Source of the DNA: an uncultured Candidatus Saccharibacteria bacterium
GTDB lineage: Bacteria; Patescibacteriota; Minisyncoccia; Phycocordibacterales; CAIZLB01
Assembly: GCA_964520545.1 (NCBI GenBank)
Contig: CAZFOD010000003.1
Span: 20,728-84,727, forward strand
Length of the DNA: 64,000 nt
Direction of reading: 5' to 3'
A model generated the notes under the pieces. It was not told the DNA's origin, did not search any database, and worked only from the letters and a program-made list of their open reading frames with translations. Positions within the stretch are counted from its first letter, which is position 1. Every line of letters starts with the position of its first letter. The translations under genes were made by a program, and so were the position numbers. Shown here one piece after another: positions 49,771 through 60,064 of the stretch.

Positions 49771-50118
49771 ATGACAAAACACGTAATTGACGCAAAGAAT
49801 AAGAAACTAGGACGAATCGCTTCACAGGCGGCTATGATTCTCATGGGTAAAGATACTGCTGCATTTGCAAAGAATGTTGCTCCTGAAGTAGAAGTTGAGA
49901 TTGTAAATGCTTCAAAGACAGCTATCGATGAAAAGAAGAAGCTCGACAAGAAGTACATTACTCACTCTGGATATCCAGGTGGACAGAAGGAAGAATCTCT
50001 CGGTAATCTCATCGAGCGTAAAGGTATTGTTGAGGTATACAAGCGAGCCGTCTACGGTATGCTTCCTGATAACAAACTTCGATCACGAATGATGACAAGG
50101 CTCATAATTACAGAATAA
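49771..50118 (+). CDS. rplM: 50S ribosomal protein L13
   Basis: ...IDAKNKKLGRIASQAAMILMGKD... Confidence 0.85.
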   Translation: MTKHVIDAKNKKLGRIASQAAMILMGKDTAAFAKNVAPEVEVEIVNASKTAIDEKKKLDKKYITHSGYPGGQKEESLGNLIERKGIVEVYKRAVYGMLPDNKLRSRMMTRLIITE

Positions 50119-50129
50119 ATTTTAATATA

Positions 50130-50534
50130 ATGACCGCAGAAAAATCACAATACATTGAGGCAGTAGGACGACGAAAGACAGCAATCGCGCGTGTTCGTCT
50201 TACACCAGCTGCTAAGCAGTCAATTCGAATAAACGAAAAGGAGTTAGCTGACTACTTCAAGACTTCTGAACTTCAGCGTATGGCTCTTGAATCTATGGAG
50301 AAATCAGGTGTTACTCAGAAATTTGCCATTACAGCAAAGCTTTTGGGAGGAGGTATTAGTTCTCAGGCTGAAGCTGTTCGACTCGGTGTTGCACGATGCC
50401 TTGAAAAGTTTGATGGAACTCTCCGAGCTATCCTCAAGAAAGAAGGATTCCTTACTCGAGATCAGCGAGCTGTAGAACGAAAGAAGCCGGGTTTGAAGAA
50501 GGCTCGAAAGCGACCAACTTGGTCAAAGCGATAA
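50130..50534 (+). CDS. rpsI: 30S ribosomal protein S9
   Basis: ...AVGRRKTAIARVRL... ending ...RKRPTWSKR. Confidence 0.9.
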   Translation: MTAEKSQYIEAVGRRKTAIARVRLTPAAKQSIRINEKELADYFKTSELQRMALESMEKSGVTQKFAITAKLLGGGISSQAEAVRLGVARCLEKFDGTLRAILKKEGFLTRDQRAVERKKPGLKKARKRPTWSKR

Positions 50535-50542
50535 ACAACAAT

Positions 50543-50566
50543 GCCCCGAAAGGGGCTTTTGTTTTG
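50543..50566 (+). terminator. Intrinsic terminator (GCCCCGAAAGGGGC + TTTTGTTTT)
   Basis: GAAA-loop hairpin + T-run after rpsI. Confidence 0.6.
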
Positions 50567-50626
50567 GTGTAACAGAAACCGCCGAGTGCTTTCAAACACT
50601 CGGCGGGTATGACTTCTTTGAGGTGA

Positions 50627-50998
50627 CTACTGCTTTTGTACGAAGGCGAGCAGTGCATCCAAGACGGCGGAAGGGCCGTCAATCTTCGAGATCATGTCGT
50701 TTGCTCCAAGCTTCAAGACCCAGGCTTTGAGTTCAGGGGTGGCATCCATACTGAACATCACAATTGGAAGGACTTCTGTAGGATACTTCAGGCGGAGCTT
50801 GGAAAGCAACACGTCTCCGTTCATCTGGGGCATTCGCATGTCCATGATGATGCCATCGCAGGGATTTTCTTCAAGCCACGATTCAACCAAGATGGGATCT
50901 CCGAGAGCCGTGACCACGCGATCTTTTCCTCGGAAGCATCTAACCAAGGTATCACGAATCATTGGGTGATCGTCTACAATGAGCAGATTCAATTTCAT
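50627..50998 (-). CDS. Stand-alone response regulator receiver (CheY-like) domain
   Basis: LLIVDDHPMIRD...IIMDMRMPQMNG...K motif pattern (Asp pocket, phospho-accepting D). Confidence 0.75.
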   Translation of the reverse strand: MKLNLLIVDDHPMIRDTLVRCFRGKDRVVTALGDPILVESWLEENPCDGIIMDMRMPQMNGDVLLSKLRLKYPTEVLPIVMFSMDATPELKAWVLKLGANDMISKIDGPSAVLDALLAFVQKQ

Positions 50999-51134
50999 AC
51001 TAGGTACCGGGTTCTAATTCCACAGATATGACTCACCATGAGTCAGCAGGGAATTTGAAGGCTCTATGTATAGAGCTCTTAAATCCACAGCCGACCCTAC
51101 AAGGAACAATATGACCAAACAGTAGCACTAGATA

Positions 51135-52025
51135 TTAGGGTGTCAATCTTACCTGAAGTGTAGATGATGCTGTCAATTCTAATTCGTAGAAACCTGTTTT
51201 GCCTCCTTTAACAAATATTCGCTGATCAAGTTCTCGAAAATCGAGATCACCGTTAAGTAATTTAAAGGTATTCTTTGGAGCGCGCTGATCTAGTTCGGTG
51301 ATGAAGATACCATTCTTTGTTGAATATATAATGATGTCATTGCGGCCTTGGTAGAATTCAGCTCGTTTCACTTTTGTTGATACGAATGTAAATGCTGTTT
51401 CGCACTTAGACCGCTCTTCGTCGCAGAAATAGTAGGGAACAGATTCGGTACTTCCTCTCCATATTGCACTCATGCTTGAAGTGGACAAAACAATCTCAAT
51501 ATCCTTACGAACTATGGATGTTGATGTTGCCTTAACTAACCTGTTTGTAGACGAAGTGCTGGTGGTTGTAGAGAAAAGAGAAGTAAGTTGTATATATAGC
51601 GGGTTCGTAGATGTTGCTCGTCCAGGGGCAACAAATGTCTTTTGAATTGATGTTGTAGAGATGACAGTTGGAACTAGATATGGATATGCTTCTGCAACCT
51701 TCTTTGAAGTTACATTCACGGTCTTGATCCAAGGAAGATATCCTTCTTTAGTGATACTTAACTCGTAACTTTTAGGGACAAGCTCATCAACAAAAAGACT
51801 TCTGTCAAAGAAGCTTGTTTCTGTTGCTAACTTTCCATCCACATACACACTCGCACCTGATTCAGGATAGTAGACATATATACCTCCAGTTGGAGTCAAA
51901 GAGAGGTCTTTTCCAACTCGATATCCTGTAGAGTACAGGATAACAAGGGGCATGAGGAGGGCAAAAATGGCTATGAAGACAAGAAAGACGATGAATCTTT
52001 TGCCGACGTGCATGGGTTCGGTCAT
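51135..52025 (-). CDS. Membrane-anchored protein, possible PEGA-like beta domain, Thr/Ser-rich linker
   Basis: Single N-terminal TM; SVYVDGKLA motif resembling PEGA; low-complexity TTSTSSTN tract. Confidence 0.35.
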   Translation of the reverse strand: MTEPMHVGKRFIVFLVFIAIFALLMPLVILYSTGYRVGKDLSLTPTGGIYVYYPESGASVYVDGKLATETSFFDRSLFVDELVPKSYELSITKEGYLPWIKTVNVTSKKVAEAYPYLVPTVISTTSIQKTFVAPGRATSTNPLYIQLTSLFSTTTSTSSTNRLVKATSTSIVRKDIEIVLSTSSMSAIWRGSTESVPYYFCDEERSKCETAFTFVSTKVKRAEFYQGRNDIIIYSTKNGIFITELDQRAPKNTFKLLNGDLDFRELDQRIFVKGGKTGFYELELTASSTLQVRLTP

Positions 52026-52075
52026 AGAGGTTTTAGATACCTAATATACCACTTAAACCCATATATATCAACCTC

Positions 52076-53635
52076 TTAATCGTGTTTGGTGTATTTCGGC
52101 GTAACCCAGAACCCCATGTATTTACCAAGGAGAAGTCTTGTCTGTGCTTCAATTCCAGGGATGGCTCCGAAGACAATGATTGTGACAGGCACGAACACCC
52201 ACTGAAGGAGCATAATCAGCTTGTCTCGCTTTCTGTTTCTCTGTGCATTGAATGGCAAGAAGCTAAGGAAGGCAAGGGCACTTACCACGAGTCCAACCAT
52301 AGCAAGAATCATGAGATTTCTGGTGATGATTGGGAGGTTGTATGAAAGTACTGTTGTATTAAAGGATCTTCCTCCGAGAATGAGTGGAAGCCAACCAAGA
52401 AGAAGGATGAGAAGAGGGTTTGTAGCAAGAGACCAATATCCTTCAAGCTGAACAAATGAAACCTTAATTTTTTGCTTTAAAGGGATTTGTTTGTTCTTAA
52501 GAAAACCGAAAAGTATATATGGAATGTTTTCTGACCCCCAAGCCCAACGTCTTTGCTGTTTGTAGATATTCCTTAACGTTTGCCAAAATGTGGGAGCGAA
52601 GTTTGCATCCATAGATACAGGATATGCAAGAGGAACAGCTTTGTAGTTTCCATTGAATGCAAGGAAAGCATTCCAGAAGATACGAGAATCTTCAGATACC
52701 ATGTTGCGCTGCCAATATCCAATCTCATGAAGGGTCTTAAATGGAACAGTGTGTGAAGAGAACGTTACGTTCTTCTCAGGTCTTTCCTGCTGTACCATCT
52801 GCCAGAAAGTACTAGAACCGGCCATAACTCGTGAAAGAGCTGGGACATCCCAGATATTGTTATTGTAGAGCGGTACAGGCTGATATGAGGCCCTGTAGCG
52901 GTCTTCTGTGGTAAGGAAGTACCATGTTACGCAATTGAAGTAGTGGTCATATACAAGAGTGTCGATGTCGAGGGCTGAAACTAAAATATCTCCATAAGGA
53001 ATATTATTAGGATCAATCACTCGCTTCTTTGTTTCCTCCATGGCGTATGAGATGTTTGATCCCTTTCCAATCAGCTCTCCAACGGTGTCTTTTGGGTGAA
53101 CTGTGGTAATGAAGGAATGGAACTTTGAACCAAACTTGTTCTCCATAGCTGTAGCAATATCAGTAGCTTCTTTTCCTCTCTTTTCTTCTGCTGCAAGCAC
53201 AACGATCATCTTTTTAAGGTCATACTTTGAATCCGCTAGATTCACTAGTGTCTTTTCAATGGTTTCAGCATCTTCACTGTAGAAAGGAAGAAGTATTACA
53301 TGATATATGTGCTCATACTTGAGATTAGCGAGCATAGGACGCCAATCTATTGCAAGGTTATGCTTAATTCGCATCCAATTTCTCCTTAGGAAATATGAAA
53401 GATATATGGTTTTCAAAAGCCAGTAGAGGTCGAATACGATGACGAATATAGAGGCCGCCATTGGAGCGAAATATGACAAAACTATGGTTCCTAGAATAGT
53501 GCCCCACGTCAAAACCCCTGGAACCGTCTCAAGTAGGCGATAGATGACCCGATCCCTTCCGGTAAGGTCCGAGGCCTTTCCGACGTGAAAATAGGGCGTA
53601 TCCCTATACAGTGTTTCAGACATATGTTGGAACAT
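52076..53635 (-). CDS. Processive family-2 glycosyltransferase (cellulose/chitin-synthase-like, QxxRW)
   Basis: DID (DxD) and QQRRWAWG motifs with flanking TM helices. Confidence 0.7.
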   Translation of the reverse strand: MFQHMSETLYRDTPYFHVGKASDLTGRDRVIYRLLETVPGVLTWGTILGTIVLSYFAPMAASIFVIVFDLYWLLKTIYLSYFLRRNWMRIKHNLAIDWRPMLANLKYEHIYHVILLPFYSEDAETIEKTLVNLADSKYDLKKMIVVLAAEEKRGKEATDIATAMENKFGSKFHSFITTVHPKDTVGELIGKGSNISYAMEETKKRVIDPNNIPYGDILVSALDIDTLVYDHYFNCVTWYFLTTEDRYRASYQPVPLYNNNIWDVPALSRVMAGSSTFWQMVQQERPEKNVTFSSHTVPFKTLHEIGYWQRNMVSEDSRIFWNAFLAFNGNYKAVPLAYPVSMDANFAPTFWQTLRNIYKQQRRWAWGSENIPYILFGFLKNKQIPLKQKIKVSFVQLEGYWSLATNPLLILLLGWLPLILGGRSFNTTVLSYNLPIITRNLMILAMVGLVVSALAFLSFLPFNAQRNRKRDKLIMLLQWVFVPVTIIVFGAIPGIEAQTRLLLGKYMGFWVTPKYTKHD

Positions 53636-53662
53636 ACTACCATAAATAGGGCTAAAAATAAA

Positions 53663-53674
53663 GGGTTAACCCTG
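53663..53674. promoter_or_regulatory. Palindrome GGGTTAACCC upstream of grpE promoter
   Basis: Perfect 10-bp palindrome (within 53663-53674) just upstream of the putative -35. Confidence 0.25.
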
Positions 53675-53686
53675 AAAACACACCCC

Positions 53687-53715
53687 TTGCATATTCACAA
53701 CAAAATCATTAGAAT
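53687..53715 (+). promoter_or_regulatory. Sigma-70-like promoter TTGCAT-N17-TAGAAT; -10 ends 9 nt before grpE ATG (near-leaderless)
   Basis: Read directly from sequence. Confidence 0.35.
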
Positions 53716-53724
53716 TGGCTTCAC

Positions 53725-54327
53725 ATGACAGACGAACTTAACAAGGATATTGAAAAAGAATTGCAAGAAGGCGATGTAGAGACTGAGCCGATATCTGGCT
53801 CTGACGATGTCGTTGTAGACGAAGATGCCGAGCTTGGAACAGCAGAGGTGGTTAAAAAGCTTCGCGAAAAACTTAAGGTCGCAGTAGATGAAAAACAGAA
53901 ATATCTTGATGGGTGGCAACGAGACAAGGCAGAATTCGTTAACGCTCGAAAGAGAGACGAGGAATCAAAGAAAGAATACATCAGATTTGCAGCGGAGAAG
54001 ATTGTTGAAGACATGCTCCCTGTATTAGATGCCTTTGATATGGCAATGGCAAACAAAGCATCTTGGGAGAGTGCACCTGCCGAATGGCGTAAAGGAGTAG
54101 AAGGTATACATCAGCAACTTTTGGGGGCATTTGCAAAGAATGAAGTGCAGCCATTTGGTACCATCGGGGATATGTTTGATCCAAATATGTATCATTCCAT
54201 CTCAACAGTCCCAACAGAAGAGAAAGCAAAAGATCACACCATTGCAGAAATATTGCAGAAGGGATATAACATAAAGGAAAAGGTACTACGACCTGCACTT
54301 GTACGAGTATTTGAGTTTCAAGGATAG
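53725..54327 (+). CDS. grpE: Nucleotide exchange factor GrpE
   Basis: Coiled-coil N-term and ...IVEDMLPVLDAFDMA... GrpE core. Confidence 0.85.
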   Translation: MTDELNKDIEKELQEGDVETEPISGSDDVVVDEDAELGTAEVVKKLREKLKVAVDEKQKYLDGWQRDKAEFVNARKRDEESKKEYIRFAAEKIVEDMLPVLDAFDMAMANKASWESAPAEWRKGVEGIHQQLLGAFAKNEVQPFGTIGDMFDPNMYHSISTVPTEEKAKDHTIAEILQKGYNIKEKVLRPALVRVFEFQG

Positions 54328-54344
54328 AAAAAACTAGAAATACA

Positions 54345-54740
54345 ATGAACATAATAAAACGAGACAATCAAAGAGCAGTCATCCACCTCTCGAAGATTCG
54401 AGGAACCGAGATGTTCTTTGCTCGTGCAATTGTGTTCACTCTCACATTCAATGGATCATATACGTCCCATCTTATTGGTATTAAAAAGATGTCTGCTGCT
54501 GAAGCAGAAGAGCTCCGCTCCCAGGTAGAAATACTTTCCCAATATAATATTACACTCGTTGATGCAGACGCTTCCGCAGCAGAGATTGTTGTAGCTACCG
54601 CTCTTCTTGGCGTCACAAGCAAAGCTACAACTGAGTCGACGGAAAAACCAGAGGTTTCAATCCCATCTCCATATGCTTCAAAGATAGGTATTCTTGAAGC
54701 ATTCTTTTCAACGCAAAAGACCAGAGCCCCTACATTGTAG
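54345..54740 (+). CDS. Hypothetical protein between grpE and dnaK
   Basis: 131-aa ORF in chaperone operon, no recognised motif. Confidence 0.4.
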   Translation: MNIIKRDNQRAVIHLSKIRGTEMFFARAIVFTLTFNGSYTSHLIGIKKMSAAEAEELRSQVEILSQYNITLVDADASAAEIVVATALLGVTSKATTESTEKPEVSIPSPYASKIGILEAFFSTQKTRAPTL

Positions 54741-54809
54741 ACATATGTATTTGAATATCAGTACGTCTGATAATTCATATTTGTATCAATTAACATATCT
54801 ACAACAATT

Positions 54810-56687
54810 ATGGCTAAAATAATCGGTATCGACTTAGGTACCACAAACTCAGCAGTAGCAATCATGGAGGTTGGCGAGCCAAAGATTCTGGAAAATACAG
54901 AAGGAGCGCGAACTACTCCATCTATTGTGGCAATATCAAAGACAAACGAGAGACTCGTTGGTCTTCTTGCAAAGCGACAGGCGGTAACGAACCCAAAGAA
55001 CACAGTTTACGGAATTAAGCGATTCATCGGACACAGCTTTGAAGAAAGCGGTGTGCAGCAGGACATGAAGACAGTTCCTTATGAAGTAACAAAAGCAGAC
55101 AACGGTGGTGTGAAGGTAAAACTTGCTGATAAATTCTATTCACCTGAAGAAATTTCAGCGATGATTCTTACCAAACTAAAGAACGACGCTGAAGCAAAGC
55201 TTGGTGAGAAAGTGACTGAAGCAATTATCACAGTTCCAGCCTACTTCAATGACTCACAGAGACAAGCGACAAAAGATGCTGGAAAGATTGCAGGATTGGA
55301 CGTAAAGAGAATCATCAATGAACCAACTGCAGCAGCGCTCGCATATGGATTCAATAAGAAAAAGGATGAGAAGATTGCCGTATTCGACTTCGGAGGTGGT
55401 ACATTCGACGTATCCATTCTCGAAGTAGGTGATGATGTTGTCGAAGTAAAAGCAACTGACGGAGATCATCGACTCGGAGGAAGAGACATCGATTACAAAG
55501 TACTAAATTGGATTGCCGACGAATTCAAAAAGGACAGTGGGATTGATGTACGAGGTGATGCTCTTGCAATGCAGCGACTTGATGAAGCAGCTGAAAAAGC
55601 AAAGATTGAACTTTCTACAGCGACAGACACTGAAATCAACATCCCATTCCTCACATCAGACTCATCTGGCCCTAAGCACCTTGTTATGAAGCTCACAAGA
55701 GCAAAACTTGAAGAGCTAGCAGGTGAATTCATTGAAAGGGCAATGCAAATTACAAAGAGAGCTCTCGAGGCGTCTCCATTCAAGGTCGGAGAAATCAATG
55801 AGGTAGTACTCGTTGGAGGGCAAACTCGAATGCCAAAGATTCAGCAGCTTGTAAAAGAATTCTTTGGAAAAGAGCCTAACAAATCAATTAACCCTGATGA
55901 AGTAGTAGCACTCGGTGCCGCTATTCAAGGAGGTATCATTGCTGGAGACGTGAAAGATATTCTTCTTCTTGATGTAATACCTCTATCACTCGGTATTGAA
56001 ACAATGGGTAATGTTGCGACAAAACTCATTGAAAAGAACACAACAATTCCAACTTCAAGATCTCAGGTGTTCTCAACTGCAGCTGACAATCAAACATCTG
56101 TGGAAATCCATATCGTGCAGGGAGAACGAGCTATGGCACGAGACAATAAGTCATTAGGACGATTCATCTTAGACGGAATTCCACCAGCTCCTAGAGGAAT
56201 GCCTCAAGTAGAAGTGAGCTTCGATGTCGATGCAAACGGTATCCTTAATGTAAAAGCTAGGGACAAAACATCTAACAAGGAACAATCTATCCGTATAGAA
56301 GCAAGCTCAGGACTTTCAAAGGATGATATTGAAAAGATGAAGAAGGATGCGGAAGCACACGAAGCAGAAGACAAGAAAAAGAAAGAGGAGGTTGAAACAA
56401 GAAACCTTGCTGAACAAATGATCTATACCGCTGAAAAGGCAGTTGCAGACAACAAGGATAAAGTTTCAGCTGAATTAATCGCTGGTGTTGAAGAGAAAAT
56501 TAAGGCGGCAAAGACAGCAAAAGACGGCTCAGATATTGAAGCTGTAAAGAAGGCAGCTGAAGAACTTTCAGCTGAACTTTCAAAGATTGGGGAAGCTATG
56601 CAGAAAGCTGCATCTGAGAAAGCTCCTGAACAACCTCAGGCTGGTAATGAACCAGAAGGAAACGTTCGAGACGCAGAAACTAAGTAA
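54810..56687 (+). CDS. dnaK: Chaperone DnaK (Hsp70)
   Basis: [38 protein letters not shown] signatures; 625 aa. Confidence 0.95.
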   Translation: MAKIIGIDLGTTNSAVAIMEVGEPKILENTEGARTTPSIVAISKTNERLVGLLAKRQAVTNPKNTVYGIKRFIGHSFEESGVQQDMKTVPYEVTKADNGGVKVKLADKFYSPEEISAMILTKLKNDAEAKLGEKVTEAIITVPAYFNDSQRQATKDAGKIAGLDVKRIINEPTAAALAYGFNKKKDEKIAVFDFGGGTFDVSILEVGDDVVEVKATDGDHRLGGRDIDYKVLNWIADEFKKDSGIDVRGDALAMQRLDEAAEKAKIELSTATDTEINIPFLTSDSSGPKHLVMKLTRAKLEELAGEFIERAMQITKRALEASPFKVGEINEVVLVGGQTRMPKIQQLVKEFFGKEPNKSINPDEVVALGAAIQGGIIAGDVKDILLLDVIPLSLGIETMGNVATKLIEKNTTIPTSRSQVFSTAADNQTSVEIHIVQGERAMARDNKSLGRFILDGIPPAPRGMPQVEVSFDVDANGILNVKARDKTSNKEQSIRIEASSGLSKDDIEKMKKDAEAHEAEDKKKKEEVETRNLAEQMIYTAEKAVADNKDKVSAELIAGVEEKIKAAKTAKDGSDIEAVKKAAEELSAELSKIGEAMQKAASEKAPEQPQAGNEPEGNVRDAETK

Positions 56688-56695
56688 GTAACTCA

Positions 56696-56721
56696 TCAAC
56701 TGACAAATACATGTCAGTTGA
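56696..56721 (+). other. Stem-loop TCAACTGACA-aataca-TGTCAGTTGA between dnaK and dnaJ
   Basis: Perfect 10-bp inverted arms; no T-run; possible attenuator/processing site. Confidence 0.4.
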
Positions 56722-56788
56722 GGGGCGGGAAATCGATATATTCGATGATCGGCCTCTCTGCTGATGATTAATAACCATAAAATTAAAC

Positions 56789-57688
56789 ATGTCTAAGGAC
56801 TATTACAAAATACTGGGGGTAGACAAGAGCGCCACGAAAGACGAGATAAAGAAGGCGTTCCGAAAATTGGCGCATGAGCACCACCCTGACAAAAAAGAGG
56901 GTAATGCTGAAAAGTTTAAAGAGGCGAGTGAAGCGTACTCAACTCTTTCAGACGATCAGAAAAGAGCTCAATACGATCAATTCGGATCAGCAGGTCCTCA
57001 AGGATTCGGTGGTGGACAGGGTGGCTTCGGTGGACAAGGCTTCGACTTCAATGGTTTTGATTTTTCACAATTTGGAGGACAAGGATTTGGAGGTGAAAAC
57101 ATGGAGTTTGATTTGGGCGACATACTAGGCAGCATGTTCGGAGGAGGCCGCGGTCGAGTACGACGAGGAGCCAATGTTACTATCGATATTGAAATTACAT
57201 TTAAAGAATCAGTCTTTGGAACCGAAAAACAGATTTCATATACAAAATCTTCGACAAAAAAGAAGGAGTCTTTTGTTATTAAAATACCACCAGGAATAGA
57301 CAGCGGAGAAATGCTTCGAGTTACAGGCAAGGGAGAAGAAGTAGATGGTGGACGAGCTGGTGACTTATATGTAAGAGTGCACGTTAAGCTTGATAAGCAT
57401 CTTCATAAAGAAGGGCACAATCTTGTGACTTCAATCTCTTTGAAACTTTCTGAGGCACTACTAGGAGGCGAGCGAACAATTGAAACCGCAGATGGACCAT
57501 TGACCATTAAGATTCCAGAAGGAGTATCCAACGGAGAAATACTTCGAGTGCGCGGAAAAGGTGTTGCATTCAATTCAGGTAGTTCACAGCGTGGAGACCT
57601 CCTTATTAAAATATTGATTGATATGCCGAAGAAACTAAACAAGGAATCCAGAAAAATTGTTGAACAATTACGGGATCAGGGATTATAG
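56789..57688 (+). CDS. dnaJ: DnaJ-family co-chaperone lacking the Cys-rich zinc-finger (type II/CbpA-like)
   Basis: J-domain with HPD (HEHHPDKK), G/F-rich region, two C-terminal beta domains; no CxxCxGxG repeats. Confidence 0.75.
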   Translation: MSKDYYKILGVDKSATKDEIKKAFRKLAHEHHPDKKEGNAEKFKEASEAYSTLSDDQKRAQYDQFGSAGPQGFGGGQGGFGGQGFDFNGFDFSQFGGQGFGGENMEFDLGDILGSMFGGGRGRVRRGANVTIDIEITFKESVFGTEKQISYTKSSTKKKESFVIKIPPGIDSGEMLRVTGKGEEVDGGRAGDLYVRVHVKLDKHLHKEGHNLVTSISLKLSEALLGGERTIETADGPLTIKIPEGVSNGEILRVRGKGVAFNSGSSQRGDLLIKILIDMPKKLNKESRKIVEQLRDQGL

Positions 57689-57724
57689 TATTTACTTAAC
57701 GGCGTTTGCTTATATAATTATCAC

Positions 57725-58198
57725 ATGACAAACATCGTTCTTCTGATCGTATTTGCTGTAATAGCAATTTTTGCATTTTATAAAGGTAAGGGAATTATTT
57801 TCGGGGTAATCACAAGCTTCTATCCTGCTATAGTTGTGTATAAAGCATTTCCGTACATCGACAATGTTATTTTCTTCAAAGATACTTCGCTACAAATATT
57901 CCTATCACACCTTCTTGTGTTCTTTGTAATCTTCGTTCCAATATTCTTTGCAGTTCAACGTATTACGCATACAAGTGGCGGAAGAGGTGGAATTTCAGGC
58001 CTCATAGACGCAGCATTGCTCGCTGTTTCGGTGATAGGTTTAAGCCTTGTCTTGTCTCTCCATATACTCCCAGCACGAGATATATACAATCTCACCTCAT
58101 CAATGCTCAAGTTTTTCAACTCAGAACTCGGATATTTCCTGTCGCTCGTAGTGCCACTGGGCGTCATATTTCACATGTCACGACGATCATTCTACTAA
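57725..58198 (+). CDS. Small multi-TM membrane protein (CvpA-like?)
   Basis: Four predicted TM helices, 157 aa. Confidence 0.35.
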   Translation: MTNIVLLIVFAVIAIFAFYKGKGIIFGVITSFYPAIVVYKAFPYIDNVIFFKDTSLQIFLSHLLVFFVIFVPIFFAVQRITHTSGGRGGISGLIDAALLAVSVIGLSLVLSLHILPARDIYNLTSSMLKFFNSELGYFLSLVVPLGVIFHMSRRSFY

Positions 58199-58205
58199 TC
58201 AGCAT

Positions 58206-58913
58206 ATGCCCACTGTAATATTGCAACCTGCAAAGATCCGCCAAACAATGTCGATGCAACGACGTGTCAATTTAGACGTACAAACCTATGTAGCAAAAGT
58301 TACCCAAGGTTTTGGTACCATATTCTTTCGAATCTTGTACAGTATTCTTTTTAAGATTGAAATATTCGGCAAAGAGAACATTGCAAATGAAAAAGGGCCG
58401 ATGATTATAGTCTCAAACCATGTAGTATTCTTCGACAGCTTCATTTTTCATCTTTTCTTTGCCCCGAACGCTTCGTTGTTACCACTACGCTTCATGGCTG
58501 TAACAAAATTCCAAGTACCATTCTTAAACTTTTTAAGCAAAATTAGAGTTATACACTTCATATATCTACTCTTTGGTGTTTTTGTTGTTAAACAAGGAGA
58601 AGGCCTTGAGAAAAATCTACAGAATGCCGTAGACATACTTAAAAGAGGAGGCACTGTTACAATATTTCCTGCGGGACACATGCGAGGTGATAATTCACTT
58701 GGAGAATTCAAGCGTGGTGCAGCAGCTCTTGCTCAACTTACTGACTCACCAGTTATTCCAGTCGCAATCAAGAGAGTGCGAGAGAAAGGGAAAAGAACTC
58801 GATTTACATTGCTTGTTGGAAAAAAGTTTAAAATGGACAAACATCAATCATTTGAACAGGGAACAGCTTTCATACGTAGCAAGATTGAAGAACTCCACAA
58901 TCAGATATCCTAG
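58206..58913 (+). CDS. 1-acyl-sn-glycerol-3-phosphate acyltransferase-like (PlsC family)
   Basis: NHVVFFD (HX4D) and IFPAGHMRGD (FPEGTR-like) motifs. Confidence 0.65.
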   Translation: MPTVILQPAKIRQTMSMQRRVNLDVQTYVAKVTQGFGTIFFRILYSILFKIEIFGKENIANEKGPMIIVSNHVVFFDSFIFHLFFAPNASLLPLRFMAVTKFQVPFLNFLSKIRVIHFIYLLFGVFVVKQGEGLEKNLQNAVDILKRGGTVTIFPAGHMRGDNSLGEFKRGAAALAQLTDSPVIPVAIKRVREKGKRTRFTLLVGKKFKMDKHQSFEQGTAFIRSKIEELHNQIS

Positions 58914-58959
58914 AAATTTAGACTTGATGATATAATCAGCTTACACCGCAGAACTTTAC

Positions 58960-60054
58960 ATGAAAAAATTTGCTTTTCTCGTACACCCACGTGATAACAC
59001 GGACTTCTTAAGAAGATTTCCATATCTTCGTTTTTTGCCAGAAAGCTTTTTATCATTCCTCACAAAGTACATGCCGCCTGTAACAGTGTCGAACATTACA
59101 GGTCTAACTACAAAAGAGGGAACTCCGATCGAAGGATACATTATTGCCGTTACTATGACTGCAAAACAAATGATGGAGGATCGTGAGCACGCTTTGAAGA
59201 AGATAATAAGTGCGGCGAAGTTTGCCGAAAAGAAAGGTGTTGGAATGATTGGATTTGGAGCACTCACTTCCTCTCTTTCTAAGGGAGGACTTGATGTTGT
59301 GCCTGCTGTAAAAGAGATGGGTATCACAACCGGCCGAGCATATACAACAAAAACAGTCACCGATTACGTTAAAAAGTGTGTTGAAGATTTTGGGTTTGAT
59401 AAAAGTAAAGTAAAAGTAGCTGTCGTAGGAGCTGGAGGATCTATTGGTTCTAGTTGTGCAAGAATATTAGCGGCCTGGGGTGTTAGGAATTTCATATTCA
59501 TCGATACTGAGAAACGTGCTTCACATCTCAAGAAACAAGTTGAGCACATGTCATCAGTACACTTTGATGCAAAAATTGATATCTCGCATGCAATTGCAGA
59601 CATTAAAGGGTGGGATATCATTATTACAGCTACAAATACTCCAGAAGCAGTCATTTCTTCCTCAGACCTTATGGCCGGAGCGATTGTAATTAACGATGCA
59701 CAGCCTTCTGATGTTCCAAACAGCGTCATAAAGGAACGAGACGATGTCCTAATCATAGAAGGAGGCGTCATACATACTCCGGGTATTAAGTGTAACTTTA
59801 ACCTGGGGCTCGCAGGAAGAGAAGATACTTTTTGCTGTTTGGGAGAAGTGCTTGTCTTGGCAAGAGAGGGACATTTTGAAAACTATGCACTTGGTGAGCT
59901 AGATACAGACCTTGTAGCTCACATCGAGGAAATGGCTACAGACCTCAAATTTAGTATCTCTCGTTTCCAGAACTCGGTACAAAGATACATTCCTGATGTG
60001 CAGATAGAAAAAGTGCGAGGTATAATCAAAGAGCGTTTAACATCGGGCTCGTAG
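58960..60054 (+). CDS. NAD(P)-binding oxidoreductase resembling long-chain acyl-ACP reductase (AAR) family
   Basis: Rossmann VKVAVVGAGGSIGSSCARIL; N-terminal FAFLVHPRD / MIGFGALTSSL and C-terminal ...CCLGEVLVLAREGHFENY blocks parallel AAR as recalled; needs HMM confirmation. Confidence 0.45.
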   Translation: MKKFAFLVHPRDNTDFLRRFPYLRFLPESFLSFLTKYMPPVTVSNITGLTTKEGTPIEGYIIAVTMTAKQMMEDREHALKKIISAAKFAEKKGVGMIGFGALTSSLSKGGLDVVPAVKEMGITTGRAYTTKTVTDYVKKCVEDFGFDKSKVKVAVVGAGGSIGSSCARILAAWGVRNFIFIDTEKRASHLKKQVEHMSSVHFDAKIDISHAIADIKGWDIIITATNTPEAVISSSDLMAGAIVINDAQPSDVPNSVIKERDDVLIIEGGVIHTPGIKCNFNLGLAGREDTFCCLGEVLVLAREGHFENYALGELDTDLVAHIEEMATDLKFSISRFQNSVQRYIPDVQIEKVRGIIKERLTSGS

Positions 60055-60064
60055 AACTTAGTAC

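Noticed and set aside
53636-53724. CIRCE/HrcA operator upstream of grpE
   Set aside because: No TTAGCACTC-N9-GAGTGCTAA match; only a GGGTTAACCC palindrome.
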